Shown here piece by piece: positions 47,322 to 56,064 of a DNA stretch of 64,000 nucleotides. Each line of letters begins with the position of its first letter. The first letter of the stretch is position 1. The notes under the pieces were generated by a model. The model was not told the origin of the DNA, did no database searches, and worked only from the letters and a program-made list of their open reading frames with translations. The position numbers and the translations under genes are program-made. This DNA comes from Patescibacteria group bacterium (GTDB taxonomy: Bacteria; Patescibacteriota; Minisyncoccia; Phycocordibacterales; BOKC01): contig JBBTWE010000001.1 of the NCBI GenBank assembly GCA_038062955.1, positions 389,640 through 453,639 on the forward strand, read 5' to 3'.

Positions 47322-47400
47322 AATGCGATACCAATTTACGAATTCAGCACACGACTAGTCTACAACATTTCACAATTCTGCACAAAAAAATCTGTCATTA

Positions 47401-48477
47401 TTACAAAGCGGAAGCTAGTTTTCTTAATCTGTCAGTCGCCACTTTGCGAGATATTGTTTCGGCTTCCCTAACCGTCAAATCACCCGCCACTATCTCTTTA
47501 AATAAAGATTCTTGGGCGGCAGGACGACTTTGAAGCATGAGTAACGGCCTTGTATGACCTTCGGTGATTTTTCCTTTCTTCAACGCTTCAAGCATCGTGT
47601 CTGGAAGAGATAGGATACGAAGCGTGTTCGAAACATGTTCTCGGCTTTTGCCAATTTTTTCAGCAATTTGAGTATGTTTTAAATTAAAATTACTCGATAG
47701 TTTTGTAAACGCTTTAGCCCTAGCAACTGGATCCAAATAGCCGCGTCTTAGATTTTCGATTATGACGAGTTCCCCATTCATCACATCCCCCTCTGGACCA
47801 GTTCGTACAAGAACTGAAGATTGGACGGCACTATGACCCCGAACCCTCTTTCTAGGTTTTCTTTTTATTTTCGGTAAACTTGCCGGAACCTCTTGGTTTA
47901 TATGACTTTTGCCACGAGCATGTTTTGGCGCTTTTAAAGCTGAAGCGGATGAAATCTTTTTAATAGCGATAAGTTCTTTAACGGAAATATCCGAGGATTT
48001 AGGATTGGCGGGTTTTAATATAGCGCTTATAGGCGGAGTTGGCGTTTCAACCCGAACCGATCCTGAATTCAAATGTTCTTTAATAACCGCAGGTGGTTTA
48101 TTTTGAAGCACAACGGACGGATTTTTTTCCTCCGAAATTTCTTTCAAATACTTGCTTGTAGTTCGGCTTTTCTCTCCTTGAAGATACTTGCCGCGGATAT
48201 CATCTTTAATTTTTTTGAATCTTTTTTGAATTCGACTTCCATTTTTATTGATCACCCTTCGAATAAAAAAGGGGGCCTCCACCAAAAAAAATAATCTTAG
48301 CGAACGTTTGATGGAACGCCAAGATACTAAAAATCGCTGAAGTGAACGCCTCACCTGATAATCCTTGATAGAAAAAAAACGTGAAATCCCTGTGATTTTT
48401 TGTCTTTTATCTTCCCAGAATTTGAAAGTAGCAAAGGAGAATATAAAAATACCTGATGCAAGAAAAATAAAAAACAT
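47401..48477 (-). CDS. ParB/Spo0J-like HTH-domain protein with an atypical N-terminus (hydrophobic leader plus basic low-complexity region, no recognisable GERR ParB N-domain)
   Basis: C-terminus LVIIENLRRGYLDPVARAKAF...IAEKIGKSREHVSNTLRILSLP matches the ParB HTH region; the real start may be internal. Confidence 0.55.
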   Translation of the reverse strand: MFFIFLASGIFIFSFATFKFWEDKRQKITGISRFFSIKDYQVRRSLQRFLVSWRSIKRSLRLFFLVEAPFFIRRVINKNGSRIQKRFKKIKDDIRGKYLQGEKSRTTSKYLKEISEEKNPSVVLQNKPPAVIKEHLNSGSVRVETPTPPISAILKPANPKSSDISVKELIAIKKISSASALKAPKHARGKSHINQEVPASLPKIKRKPRKRVRGHSAVQSSVLVRTGPEGDVMNGELVIIENLRRGYLDPVARAKAFTKLSSNFNLKHTQIAEKIGKSREHVSNTLRILSLPDTMLEALKKGKITEGHTRPLLMLQSRPAAQESLFKEIVAGDLTVREAETISRKVATDRLRKLASAL

Positions 48478-48491
48478 GTTAATTGAGAACT

Positions 48492-49073
48492 CTATATCGC
48501 GAAGCGCACAAATCTTCTCACTTCAATCTTTTCACCAAATTTTTGGACAGCTCCCTCTATAAGCTGACTTACCTTTAAATCCTGATCTTTTATAAACGAC
48601 TGTTCCAAAAGAATTTTATCGGCAAAATAAGCATCGAGTTTTCCTTCAAGAATTTTCGCTTTTATATTCTCTGGTTTGCCTAGAACTTCTTTTACAAAAA
48701 CTTCGGCCGCTTTTTCTCTAACCTCCTTTGGTACATCTTCTTTTTTCAAATATTCAGGTCCTGATGCAGTTACCTGCATTGCAATGTTATAAGCCAACTT
48801 TTTAAATTCTTCGTTCTTGGCAACGAAATCTGTTTCACAGGAGAGCTCAAGGAGAGCTCCTACTGCTCCAGTTTGATGAACATAAGAGGCTATGAAGCCG
48901 GCTTTTAATTCCCGGTCTGATTTTTTCTCTGCTACTGCTTTGCTTTTCTTTTGTAAAATAATAAGAGCTTTATCCATGTCTCCTCCGGCTTCTTCCAAGG
49001 CTTTTTTGCATTGCATAACAGAGATGCCTGTGCGATCTCTTAAATCCTTAACTTGCTTTGTATCTATCGTCAT
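48492..49073 (-). CDS. tsf: Elongation factor Ts (short form)
   Basis: VKDLRDRTGISVMQCKKALEEAGGDMDKA UBA-like N-terminus. Confidence 0.92.
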   Translation of the reverse strand: MTIDTKQVKDLRDRTGISVMQCKKALEEAGGDMDKALIILQKKSKAVAEKKSDRELKAGFIASYVHQTGAVGALLELSCETDFVAKNEEFKKLAYNIAMQVTASGPEYLKKEDVPKEVREKAAEVFVKEVLGKPENIKAKILEGKLDAYFADKILLEQSFIKDQDLKVSQLIEGAVQKFGEKIEVRRFVRFAI

Positions 49074-49203
49074 CTTGGTTTCAACTTAATTTAATTTGCT
49101 AAGTATATCAAATATTAAAAAACATACGAACAATATGTGTGAATAACACTCAAAAATTAAAGGGATTTTGAAGAGTCCCTAGTTAATTATAGCAATGGAG
49201 GTT

Positions 49204-49992
49204 CTATTTTACAGCTTTCTTTGGAGCGACTTCTCTCTTTGTCCTAACTTCAACCTTCGGGGTAATGTGGGTCTTTGGAGCAATTATTGGCTTTGAAATT
49301 TCTGGACGAGTTTTTCTTCCTTCTTTGAAACTTTCGATTATTTGTTTAACAAAAAATTCAATGCTTGATACAGAAGTGTCGTTACCTGGAATCGGAAAAT
49401 CTACTAGGTTCAAATCACAGTCCGAACCAGAAAGGCTCAAAACTTTAACTCCTTTTTGTTTTGCTTCGCTCACGGTAATAGCTTCCTTTTTAGAATCAAC
49501 AACAAATATTGCTTGTGGCAATGATTTTAAGAATACCAAACCTGAAAACATTTTTTCCAATTTTTCTATTTCTCTATCGATAAGAAGACGTTCTTTCTTG
49601 GTGTATTTTGCCAACTCCCCCTTTTCTCTTTGTGCAGTGAGATTTTCCATTTTTTCAACTCTTTTTCTGATCTCTGGAAAATTAGTGAGAGTGCCACCGA
49701 TCCAGCGTCCAGCAACATAAGGCATATCAATGCTTGATGCTTCTCTTTTTATGATTTCTTGAGATTCGCTTTTACTTCCAACAAAAAGAATTGAACCGCC
49801 TTCAGAGGCTACTTTTTTTGCAAATTCTTTAGCTTCTGCCAAGCAGACCGATGTTTTTTCTAAATCAAATATTTCTATTTCGTTTTTAGCACCAAAAATA
49901 AAAGGCTTTGCTGAAGGATGCCTTCTAGATTTAGAAAAGGCAAAGTGAGCGCCCACTTTGAATAACTCTTTGATCTCGTTTTCGGTCGTCAT
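49204..49992 (-). CDS. rpsB: 30S ribosomal protein S2
   Basis: FKVGAHFAFSKSRRHPSAKPFIFG. Confidence 0.95.
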   Translation of the reverse strand: MTTENEIKELFKVGAHFAFSKSRRHPSAKPFIFGAKNEIEIFDLEKTSVCLAEAKEFAKKVASEGGSILFVGSKSESQEIIKREASSIDMPYVAGRWIGGTLTNFPEIRKRVEKMENLTAQREKGELAKYTKKERLLIDREIEKLEKMFSGLVFLKSLPQAIFVVDSKKEAITVSEAKQKGVKVLSLSGSDCDLNLVDFPIPGNDTSVSSIEFFVKQIIESFKEGRKTRPEISKPIIAPKTHITPKVEVRTKREVAPKKAVK

Positions 49993-50068
49993 ATATATGT
50001 TTGTTTTGATTTATACAGTACAAAAAATGTTATCAAATAAAGCTAAATTATGCAAATTAGTTAATATT

Positions 50069-51049
50069 TTAATCTTTCTTCTCTTTTGCCTCCTTTTCCG
50101 CTTGCACAAGACTCTCGAGGATATCATCGAGTTTACCAGCCAAGATGACATCGACATTGTGCCAATTTTGCTTTATCCGATGATCAGTGATTCTGTCTTG
50201 AAGAATGTTATAAGTTCTGATTTTTTCTGATCTATCACCACTACCAATCTGCCCCGCGCGATTGGATGCATACTTTTTCTCTTCTTCTTCTCTTTGCAAC
50301 TGTTCGATTTTGGCAGTCAAGATTATCATCGCTTTCTCTCGATTTTTTAGCTGACTGCGTTCCGCTGTAGACCTAACGTCGAGCCCCGTCGGCTTATGAA
50401 TCAGCCGAACAGCTGTTTCCACCTTATTAACGTTTTGCCCACCAGCTCCACCTGAACGTGAAAATTCAATTTCAATATCTGTGGGTGCAATTACAATTTT
50501 CGAATGAACTTTGATAGGTAAAATAGCAACGGAAGCCGTCGAAGTATGAATTCGTCCAGATTTTTCCGTTGGCGGCACTCTCTGAATACGATGGACTCCG
50601 GTTTCAAATTTGAGTTTTTGGAATGCATCCTTACCATCTATTTCAAAAACTCCTTCCTTAAAACCGCCAAGCGAACTTCTTGATTCACTTATAATCTTAA
50701 CGCTCCACCCCTGCGACAAACAGAAGTTTTTGTACATTTCCGAAAGTTTGGCGGCAAAAAGCGCGGCTTCTTCCCCACCAGCGCCTGCCCTGATTTCCAT
50801 AATCATTTTAGAAGGACTTTCATCTTCTTCTGATGAATCAACTTCGTCTTTATTTAAAATCCCTTCCATTTGCTCTATTAAAAGTTTTTTTTCTAATACT
50901 ATTTGAGCAATTTCAGAATCAGCCATTTCCTTCAAAGTTTGATCCTTTGCCGCCATCTCTCTTAATTCCTTTTCTTTTTTTTCTAGTTCAACAAAAAGAC
51001 CCGCGAGATATGCGGTTTTTGAATTTTGACTGAAACGAGTTATGTCCAT
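50069..51049 (-). CDS. prfA: Peptide chain release factor 1
   Basis: [15 protein letters not shown] (RF1-type PxT loop), GGQ motif [24 protein letters not shown]; start at MDITRF. Confidence 0.9.
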   Translation of the reverse strand: MDITRFSQNSKTAYLAGLFVELEKKEKELREMAAKDQTLKEMADSEIAQIVLEKKLLIEQMEGILNKDEVDSSEEDESPSKMIMEIRAGAGGEEAALFAAKLSEMYKNFCLSQGWSVKIISESRSSLGGFKEGVFEIDGKDAFQKLKFETGVHRIQRVPPTEKSGRIHTSTASVAILPIKVHSKIVIAPTDIEIEFSRSGGAGGQNVNKVETAVRLIHKPTGLDVRSTAERSQLKNREKAMIILTAKIEQLQREEEEKKYASNRAGQIGSGDRSEKIRTYNILQDRITDHRIKQNWHNVDVILAGKLDDILESLVQAEKEAKEKKD

Positions 51050-51065
51050 AAAAAAATAGGCACTA

Positions 51066-51085
51066 CCTGCCTGCCGGCAGGCAGG
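51066..51085. repeat. GC palindrome family 2, CCTGCCTGCCGGCAGGCAGG, in the rpmE-prfA spacer
   Basis: Perfect 20-bp palindrome, identical to 54085-54104. Confidence 0.6.
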
Positions 51086-51112
51086 GGCCTTTGAAAAAAC
51101 CAAAAAGAGAAT

Positions 51113-51466
51113 CTACTTTGCAGCAGTTTTTTTATCTTTAATCTTTGTGGCGGCTGTTCTTTTAGCTTTGAATTTTTCTACTCTTCCAGCAGAATCGAGA
51201 ATTTTTTCTTGTCCTGTATAAAAAGGATGGCATTTACTACAAATTTCCACGTTGATTTCTTTTTTTACTGAACCAACTTTAAACTTGTTTCCGCAAGCGC
51301 AAGTAACAATTGCATCAGGAAAATATTCTGGATGAATACTTCCATTGTTTTCTTCTGCAACAGCCTTTGTTTCTTTTGACTCTTTTGTTTTAGCTGTTTT
51401 TACTTGGGGAACTTTCTTTGGAGCTCCTTCGGTTGGTTTTTTCTCTATTTTTGTATCTTTTGTCAT
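51113..51466 (-). CDS. rpmE: 50S ribosomal protein L31 with a Lys-rich N-terminal extension
   Basis: [19 protein letters not shown]...[11 protein letters not shown]. Confidence 0.88.
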   Translation of the reverse strand: MTKDTKIEKKPTEGAPKKVPQVKTAKTKESKETKAVAEENNGSIHPEYFPDAIVTCACGNKFKVGSVKKEINVEICSKCHPFYTGQEKILDSAGRVEKFKAKRTAATKIKDKKTAAK

Positions 51467-51693
51467 GGTTATAATTTAATTAGAGCCTGCTCTTAACGGC
51501 ATTTAAAATACCATAAAACCAATAAATTGCAAAATATTAGTTAGTAAGTTGAATTAAGAAAAAATTCTAACCTAACAGACTTCATTTCTGGCCAAGTTTT
51601 CTTTGGTAGCAAATTTCTACAAAAATTACATCTTAGAAATTAAAGACGGCATTCTTCAATCTAAGTTGAAAGGATTAATGGTCTCAAAATCTA

Positions 51694-52590
51694 TTAATCA
51701 AACCGCAGTTCTTTTATGTATAGCAATCGAGGTGCCTCTACATCATACGCATATGGGATCGGAGAAACCCATTCGTAAGCGCCGTATCGTAATATATTTC
51801 TGCCCTCCCAATGGACATCAGCGACAACATCGCTACCAAAATCACCACCTCCTCGCACAAAAGTCTGGCCAGATGACAAGGTTACTGACGAAGAATAAAG
51901 ACCGGTTTTCAAATCAAACACATGCAGGCTTTCCGGAACAATCGACTGCTTGCGAGCAATAGTGACAAGATTAGCCTCAAGATAGAAAGTTTCACTTACA
52001 TGAGCGAGCATGGCTATCCGATCATCAGAGATAAGATAATATTGTGCTATATCGTTGCTTGGTAGCTCGATCTCTCGAAGCTGTCCAGAAGCAATATCAT
52101 ACTCAAATATTGCTAATGGGGTGTATACCTCTGTTTCCCAATAAAGTCTTGGGCGAAGATAAATCTTGCCGTTAGGTATGCCTTCAAAAGAAAGCAAATC
52201 AAGATAGTAATAATGATTTGTCTTGGGGGCAAATTCTGGCTTAGGATCGAGCAGTTTTTTTGCAAGTCCCTCAATCAGCACACGTTCTGTGCCATCAATT
52301 CCTACTTCGATTAATCGAGCATCTGTTTTTGGATACAGATTGGGCACATCACTATTATCAAAAGGGGCAATACTGCGATCACTGTTATATGATTCAAATA
52401 CATAAACATTGCCGTAACCCTTAGGTCCTGACCACTTCCTGGAGAGATCTGAATCCACAGAAACTTCACTAGCTGGTTCTATAGAGGGCTGGTTTGCTTC
52501 TTGTTCAGAACTTTGCTGGCTTATCTTGATTAACCAATATGCTCCGCTTAAAACAAGCACGACAATTAGAATTGTGATTAGGATTTTCAT
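51694..52590 (-). CDS. Hypothetical N-terminally anchored extracytoplasmic protein
   Basis: Single N-terminal TM ILITILIVVLVLSGAYWLI; no recognisable motif. Confidence 0.55.
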   Translation of the reverse strand: MKILITILIVVLVLSGAYWLIKISQQSSEQEANQPSIEPASEVSVDSDLSRKWSGPKGYGNVYVFESYNSDRSIAPFDNSDVPNLYPKTDARLIEVGIDGTERVLIEGLAKKLLDPKPEFAPKTNHYYYLDLLSFEGIPNGKIYLRPRLYWETEVYTPLAIFEYDIASGQLREIELPSNDIAQYYLISDDRIAMLAHVSETFYLEANLVTIARKQSIVPESLHVFDLKTGLYSSSVTLSSGQTFVRGGGDFGSDVVADVHWEGRNILRYGAYEWVSPIPYAYDVEAPRLLYIKELRFD

Positions 52591-52631
52591 GTCTAGATAC
52601 TAGTACAAAACGACTAAAACACAAAATTGGA

Positions 52632-53975
52632 TCAAAAATTAAGAGGATCGATCATTGTCTCTTGAATTCTGGTTGCGTGAGCCAAAACACTATCCGCATA
52701 TCCCAATCCCCTCGTGGCCCATCCTCCTCCAGCATAATATCTCGCCGCCGCTTCCCGCTCGGCACTATATCCTCCGCCTCCTGCGCCCAAGTCCGCCAAG
52801 AATAAACCGGAAGCAAAGAACGCATGTCTTGGTTCCCACGGATTAGGAACACCGCCACCCACTAAAGATGCTAAGCGTGATTCATACATCACCCAAGTTG
52901 AAGGAATAAATTGAGATGGACCCATGGCGCCGCCATAGCCACCAGGTTGCGGGCAAGAAACCGGTTGAGTTGTAGCATCGAAGCCAAGCCGCCCAGCGAG
53001 TGCAAGAAACACTGGTACATCGCGAGTGGGATGCATCACCCCAGAGAAAAATCTGCCTGTATTTTTACCAACGCCGTCTCCGTTTGTCGTATTCTTCACA
53101 AAGCACTGCCCAATATTTTGACCCAAATTTGATTCTTGAGTCAGGATTCCAAGCAAGAATGCGGCCCTTACACCTGTTTTACTCTCCACAAGTCTCGCGT
53201 ATTCGAGTGCAGTACCGAAAGGAATAGCCGCGGTATCTCGCAAAGCAAAGAGAGCTGCCCTTATGCCAGCCGCTTTTTTCTCACGATCGATAATTACTTG
53301 CTCATATGATCTTTCATCCCTACGGCTTAAAGCGAGAAGTCTTTTTTGTTCGGCTTCGTTTGCTTCCACCCTTCTTCTTTCGGCTTCGGTCGCAACTTTA
53401 ATATCAGTTTCTTTATTTCTTTTAATACCCAATTCTTGTTTCTCAATTTCAAGCTGTTGTTTTGCTTCTCTGATTTCCACAAATGATAAGTGAAGAGCCT
53501 TATTGACCGAATCAAAGGTATCGAGATCAACCAGAAAATCCGAAAGTTCTTCTTGACTAAGAATAGTCTCCACTAAAGAAAATGATTCTGTTTCATTTAT
53601 TTTTCGAACAATTTGAGATAAAGATTCCTTACCTCGTCCAATTTTTGCATCAAGCGCTCCGATACTATTTAGTTTCAAATCTATTTCCTTAGAAAGTTGT
53701 TCGATCTTCAACTGCCCAGCTTTGATTGTGGCTTGAGCTTCTTTTATTTTGGCATTCAAAATCGCCACGTCTCTTGCAAAAGAAGCGGACTGACCCTGTT
53801 TGGTTCGGAGTTCCGCTTGCCAAATCAATATCTCTTTTTCAGTTTGCGCCAACTCCGAACGAAGCCTTGCTTCCCTCTCATCAATAGTTTCTGCCAAAAC
53901 AGTGTTAGAGTGTATTAAAAATGATGCAAAAAGTAGGAAAATTCCAGCAATTAAAATTTTTTTGCGTCTAAACAT
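52632..53975 (-). CDS. Secreted coiled-coil protein with a C-terminal lytic transglycosylase (SLT)-like domain
   Basis: Signal peptide KKILIAGIFLLFASFLIHS; long coiled coil; AFLLGILTQESNLGQN and GAMGPSQFIPSTW resemble SLT catalytic E-S and GLMQ motifs. Confidence 0.7.
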   Translation of the reverse strand: MFRRKKILIAGIFLLFASFLIHSNTVLAETIDEREARLRSELAQTEKEILIWQAELRTKQGQSASFARDVAILNAKIKEAQATIKAGQLKIEQLSKEIDLKLNSIGALDAKIGRGKESLSQIVRKINETESFSLVETILSQEELSDFLVDLDTFDSVNKALHLSFVEIREAKQQLEIEKQELGIKRNKETDIKVATEAERRRVEANEAEQKRLLALSRRDERSYEQVIIDREKKAAGIRAALFALRDTAAIPFGTALEYARLVESKTGVRAAFLLGILTQESNLGQNIGQCFVKNTTNGDGVGKNTGRFFSGVMHPTRDVPVFLALAGRLGFDATTQPVSCPQPGGYGGAMGPSQFIPSTWVMYESRLASLVGGGVPNPWEPRHAFFASGLFLADLGAGGGGYSAEREAAARYYAGGGWATRGLGYADSVLAHATRIQETMIDPLNF

Positions 53976-54084
53976 CACGTAATTATAACGTATCAAAGTA
54001 GATTCAAGAAGCATGATTCATGATTTCATAGCTTCGCCAGATCCTGCGTAGCATGGACAAGAATAGGAAATAAACAAAAAAACA

Positions 54085-54104
54085 CCTGCCTGCCGGCAGG
54101 CAGG
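54085..54104. repeat. GC palindrome family 2, CCTGCCTGCCGGCAGGCAGG, in the rplY-downstream spacer
   Basis: Perfect 20-bp palindrome. Confidence 0.6.
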
Positions 54105-54192
54105 CAAACGAGACTACAGACTCAGACAACAAAAAACACAAACAAATGATTTGTTTGTGTTTTTTGTAGATGGATCAAATATGAAAGTTATA

Positions 54193-54891
54193 TTACTTGG
54201 TAGGATTTCCTGGAGCTTTTTTCTTAGGTTCCGCTTTTTCCTCTGCAGGTGCAGCGGCACCGGCTTCGCCTTCAACTTCCTTCTTACCCTTCTTTTCTAC
54301 CTCAATAGCTGACAAATCAACAGGGACTGCGACTTCTTCAACTACTTCTTTGATCTCTTCAACCAAAACAACTGCTTCGTCCGGCTTCTCAATCAACTTT
54401 ACTCCGTGTGGTAATTTTATATCTTTAGCTAAAATCTGGCTTTTAAAATCGAGGAGTGTGCTGATATCAACTTCTATCTCTTTCGGTAAGTCTTTTGGCA
54501 TAGCGGAAATGCTAAGTTCGTACAAAACTTTCACTAAAGTTCCACCCAAGTCTTTTACCGCAGGGGAAACACCTACGAATTTTATCGGAATATTAACTTC
54601 GAGAACGTGGCCTGCTTCGAAAACATAGAAATCAGCGTGTCTTGGAACATCAGTAATTGGATCCAAATCAACGTCGTAAACCAAGGCATCCTTTTCACCC
54701 ATGTCACCTTTCAAGGTTATAACTGATGATTCTCCCGCTTGTTTCCAAACTTTTAAAAAGTCACCCAAACTTACTGAAATAGGAGTGGATTTATCTTTCT
54801 TTCCATAGAAAACAGCTGGCATTTTGCCGCTTTTTCGGAGTTTCGCCATGTTTTCTTTCTTGTCACGAGTTTTTACATTCAAAGTAATCAT
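54193..54891 (-). CDS. rplY: 50S ribosomal protein L25 / general stress protein Ctc
   Basis: N-terminal L25 fold LNVKTRDKKENMAKLRKSGKMPAVFYGK with an acidic/Ala-rich C-terminal tail. Confidence 0.88.
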   Translation of the reverse strand: MITLNVKTRDKKENMAKLRKSGKMPAVFYGKKDKSTPISVSLGDFLKVWKQAGESSVITLKGDMGEKDALVYDVDLDPITDVPRHADFYVFEAGHVLEVNIPIKFVGVSPAVKDLGGTLVKVLYELSISAMPKDLPKEIEVDISTLLDFKSQILAKDIKLPHGVKLIEKPDEAVVLVEEIKEVVEEVAVPVDLSAIEVEKKGKKEVEGEAGAAAPAEEKAEPKKKAPGNPTK

Positions 54892-54925
54892 CGGGGTATT
54901 ATATTAAAAGTGGAGAAAAAGTAAA

Positions 54926-54973
54926 CCCCCACACCTTTAATTACAAATTTATTGTAATTAAAGGTGTGGGGGT
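54926..54973. repeat. Perfect 21-bp-stem palindrome upstream of rplY (cccccacacctttaattacaa-attt-attgtaattaaaggtgtggggg)
   Basis: Direct reading; may be an operator or a bidirectional terminator. Confidence 0.5.
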
Positions 54974-54992
54974 AAACCCTTTATTGTAGAAT

Positions 54993-55029
54993 AAAAAATC
55001 CTCGCGACAGTTGAACTGCGCGAGGATCT
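54993..55029 (-). terminator. Rho-independent terminator of the island-D transcript
   Basis: atcctcgcg-N12-cgcgaggat hairpin followed on the minus strand by TTTTTTATT. Confidence 0.55.
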
Positions 55030-55104
55030 GGGGTCTGCGGATTATGCAAGAGTCTAATCCGTCAGCGAACAAAGCGAGAAACGACAAACGCTACAGCACA
55101 GGGA

Positions 55105-55807
55105 TCAAGAGAACTCAACCGGACAGTCCTGATGTTCCCAGTATGGAATGCCGGCCAAGAAGCGCAAACTGTACATGCCGTTCGGAAGAAGAGCACCCTT
55201 CGGAAGATTCATGATTCCAGCCTGCTGTTGCGGAGCAGGCGGAGACGAGGGGACAACGGATGAACCCTCCACATTTCCATCATTGCTTTCGTGCACGCCA
55301 ACACCTCCCACCGAAAGAACATTCTGCCCATTTTACGTGGGCACTTTCCGGAACCTGCCGGAAACAGTTTGTCTCAACGCTGAGACGCAGCATCTATTCC
55401 GCTAGTATGCTACCAAACCCCCCTCTATTTGTCAAAGGATATCTTTTGTGTCATAGATTTGATTTAAAATGAAAACGCCACGATTATCCAGTTGGATTTT
55501 CGTGGCGTTCTTCCCGGGAGTGGAGTTGAAGCTCACCTCACAGGTTCGCAAATCACCGCGTGGGTGTATTACGGACAGGGGTGTTGAAAAACCCCTTATT
55601 GGTCTTCGTACAAGTGCCATCACATCTCCCTTGTTCCAAGGTGGCCAAAATGCGCGCAAATTTCACCTCGCCTTCTTCGTAGAAGATCTCTTGGAGCAAA
55701 TGAGCGTGGCTTTCACCATCGCATCCGTAATACCACTCGAGACGTCCACCATCCGTCGTAATGCCAGGAAGTTGGCTGTTTGCGTAGATGCGGTAACTGG
55801 TGTTCAC
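55105..55807 (-). pseudogene. Frameshifted member of the GC-rich island protein family (island D)
   Basis: Three overlapping minus-strand frames. Frame 1 IYANSQLPGITTDGGRLEWYYG matches the member-A N-terminus IACIARQLPDLDTAVMQYWIGA. Frame 2 DVMALVRRPIRGFS matches A ADALVKISDIGSNF. Total span of 233 codons is close to A's 225. Confidence 0.45.
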
Positions 55808-55934
55808 TTCTGTTTCCTTTGCACTTAAGTGCGGCTGGAATTGATGTCAGTGTTTCCTGCGACGCAATATACAAGAAAAATCCGGTCTATTGCGTCGCAA
55901 GAAAGCTAAGCAGTATCAAAGAACTACTATTTAC

Positions 55935-55963
55935 AGTATATACTTTTACAGTCTATTTGTCAA
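55935..55963 (-). promoter_or_regulatory. Near-consensus sigma70 promoter of the island-D transcript, with a dyad over the -35
   Basis: Minus strand TTGACA, 17 nt, TATACT; the -35 lies in the loop of the dyad AGTCTAT-tgacaa-ATAGACT. Confidence 0.45.
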
Positions 55964-56064
55964 TAGACTTATATGTTCAAGAATAAGGCTTTTTTAGGAG
56001 ATTAGATGGATTAGATGAACTAGAGGAGATAGGAAACCTAGTACCTCTACTCCCTCTAACTTTT

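Noticed and set aside
50069-51103. Long N-terminal extensions given by the ORF track for several genes
   Set aside because: These affect prfA (to 51103), mgtE (to 25066), rpsP (to 28018), rnr (from 27741), the LT-like gene (to 54014) and the pfkB kinase (from 57971). The extensions overlap neighbouring genes or run through palindromic repeats. In prfA the palindrome would read PACRQAG. Internal Met starts give canonical N-termini.
55011-55828. Plus-strand ORFs in island D (67-119 aa)
   Set aside because: They are opposite to the promoter and terminator orientation and show no similarity to the island family, whereas the minus-strand frames do.
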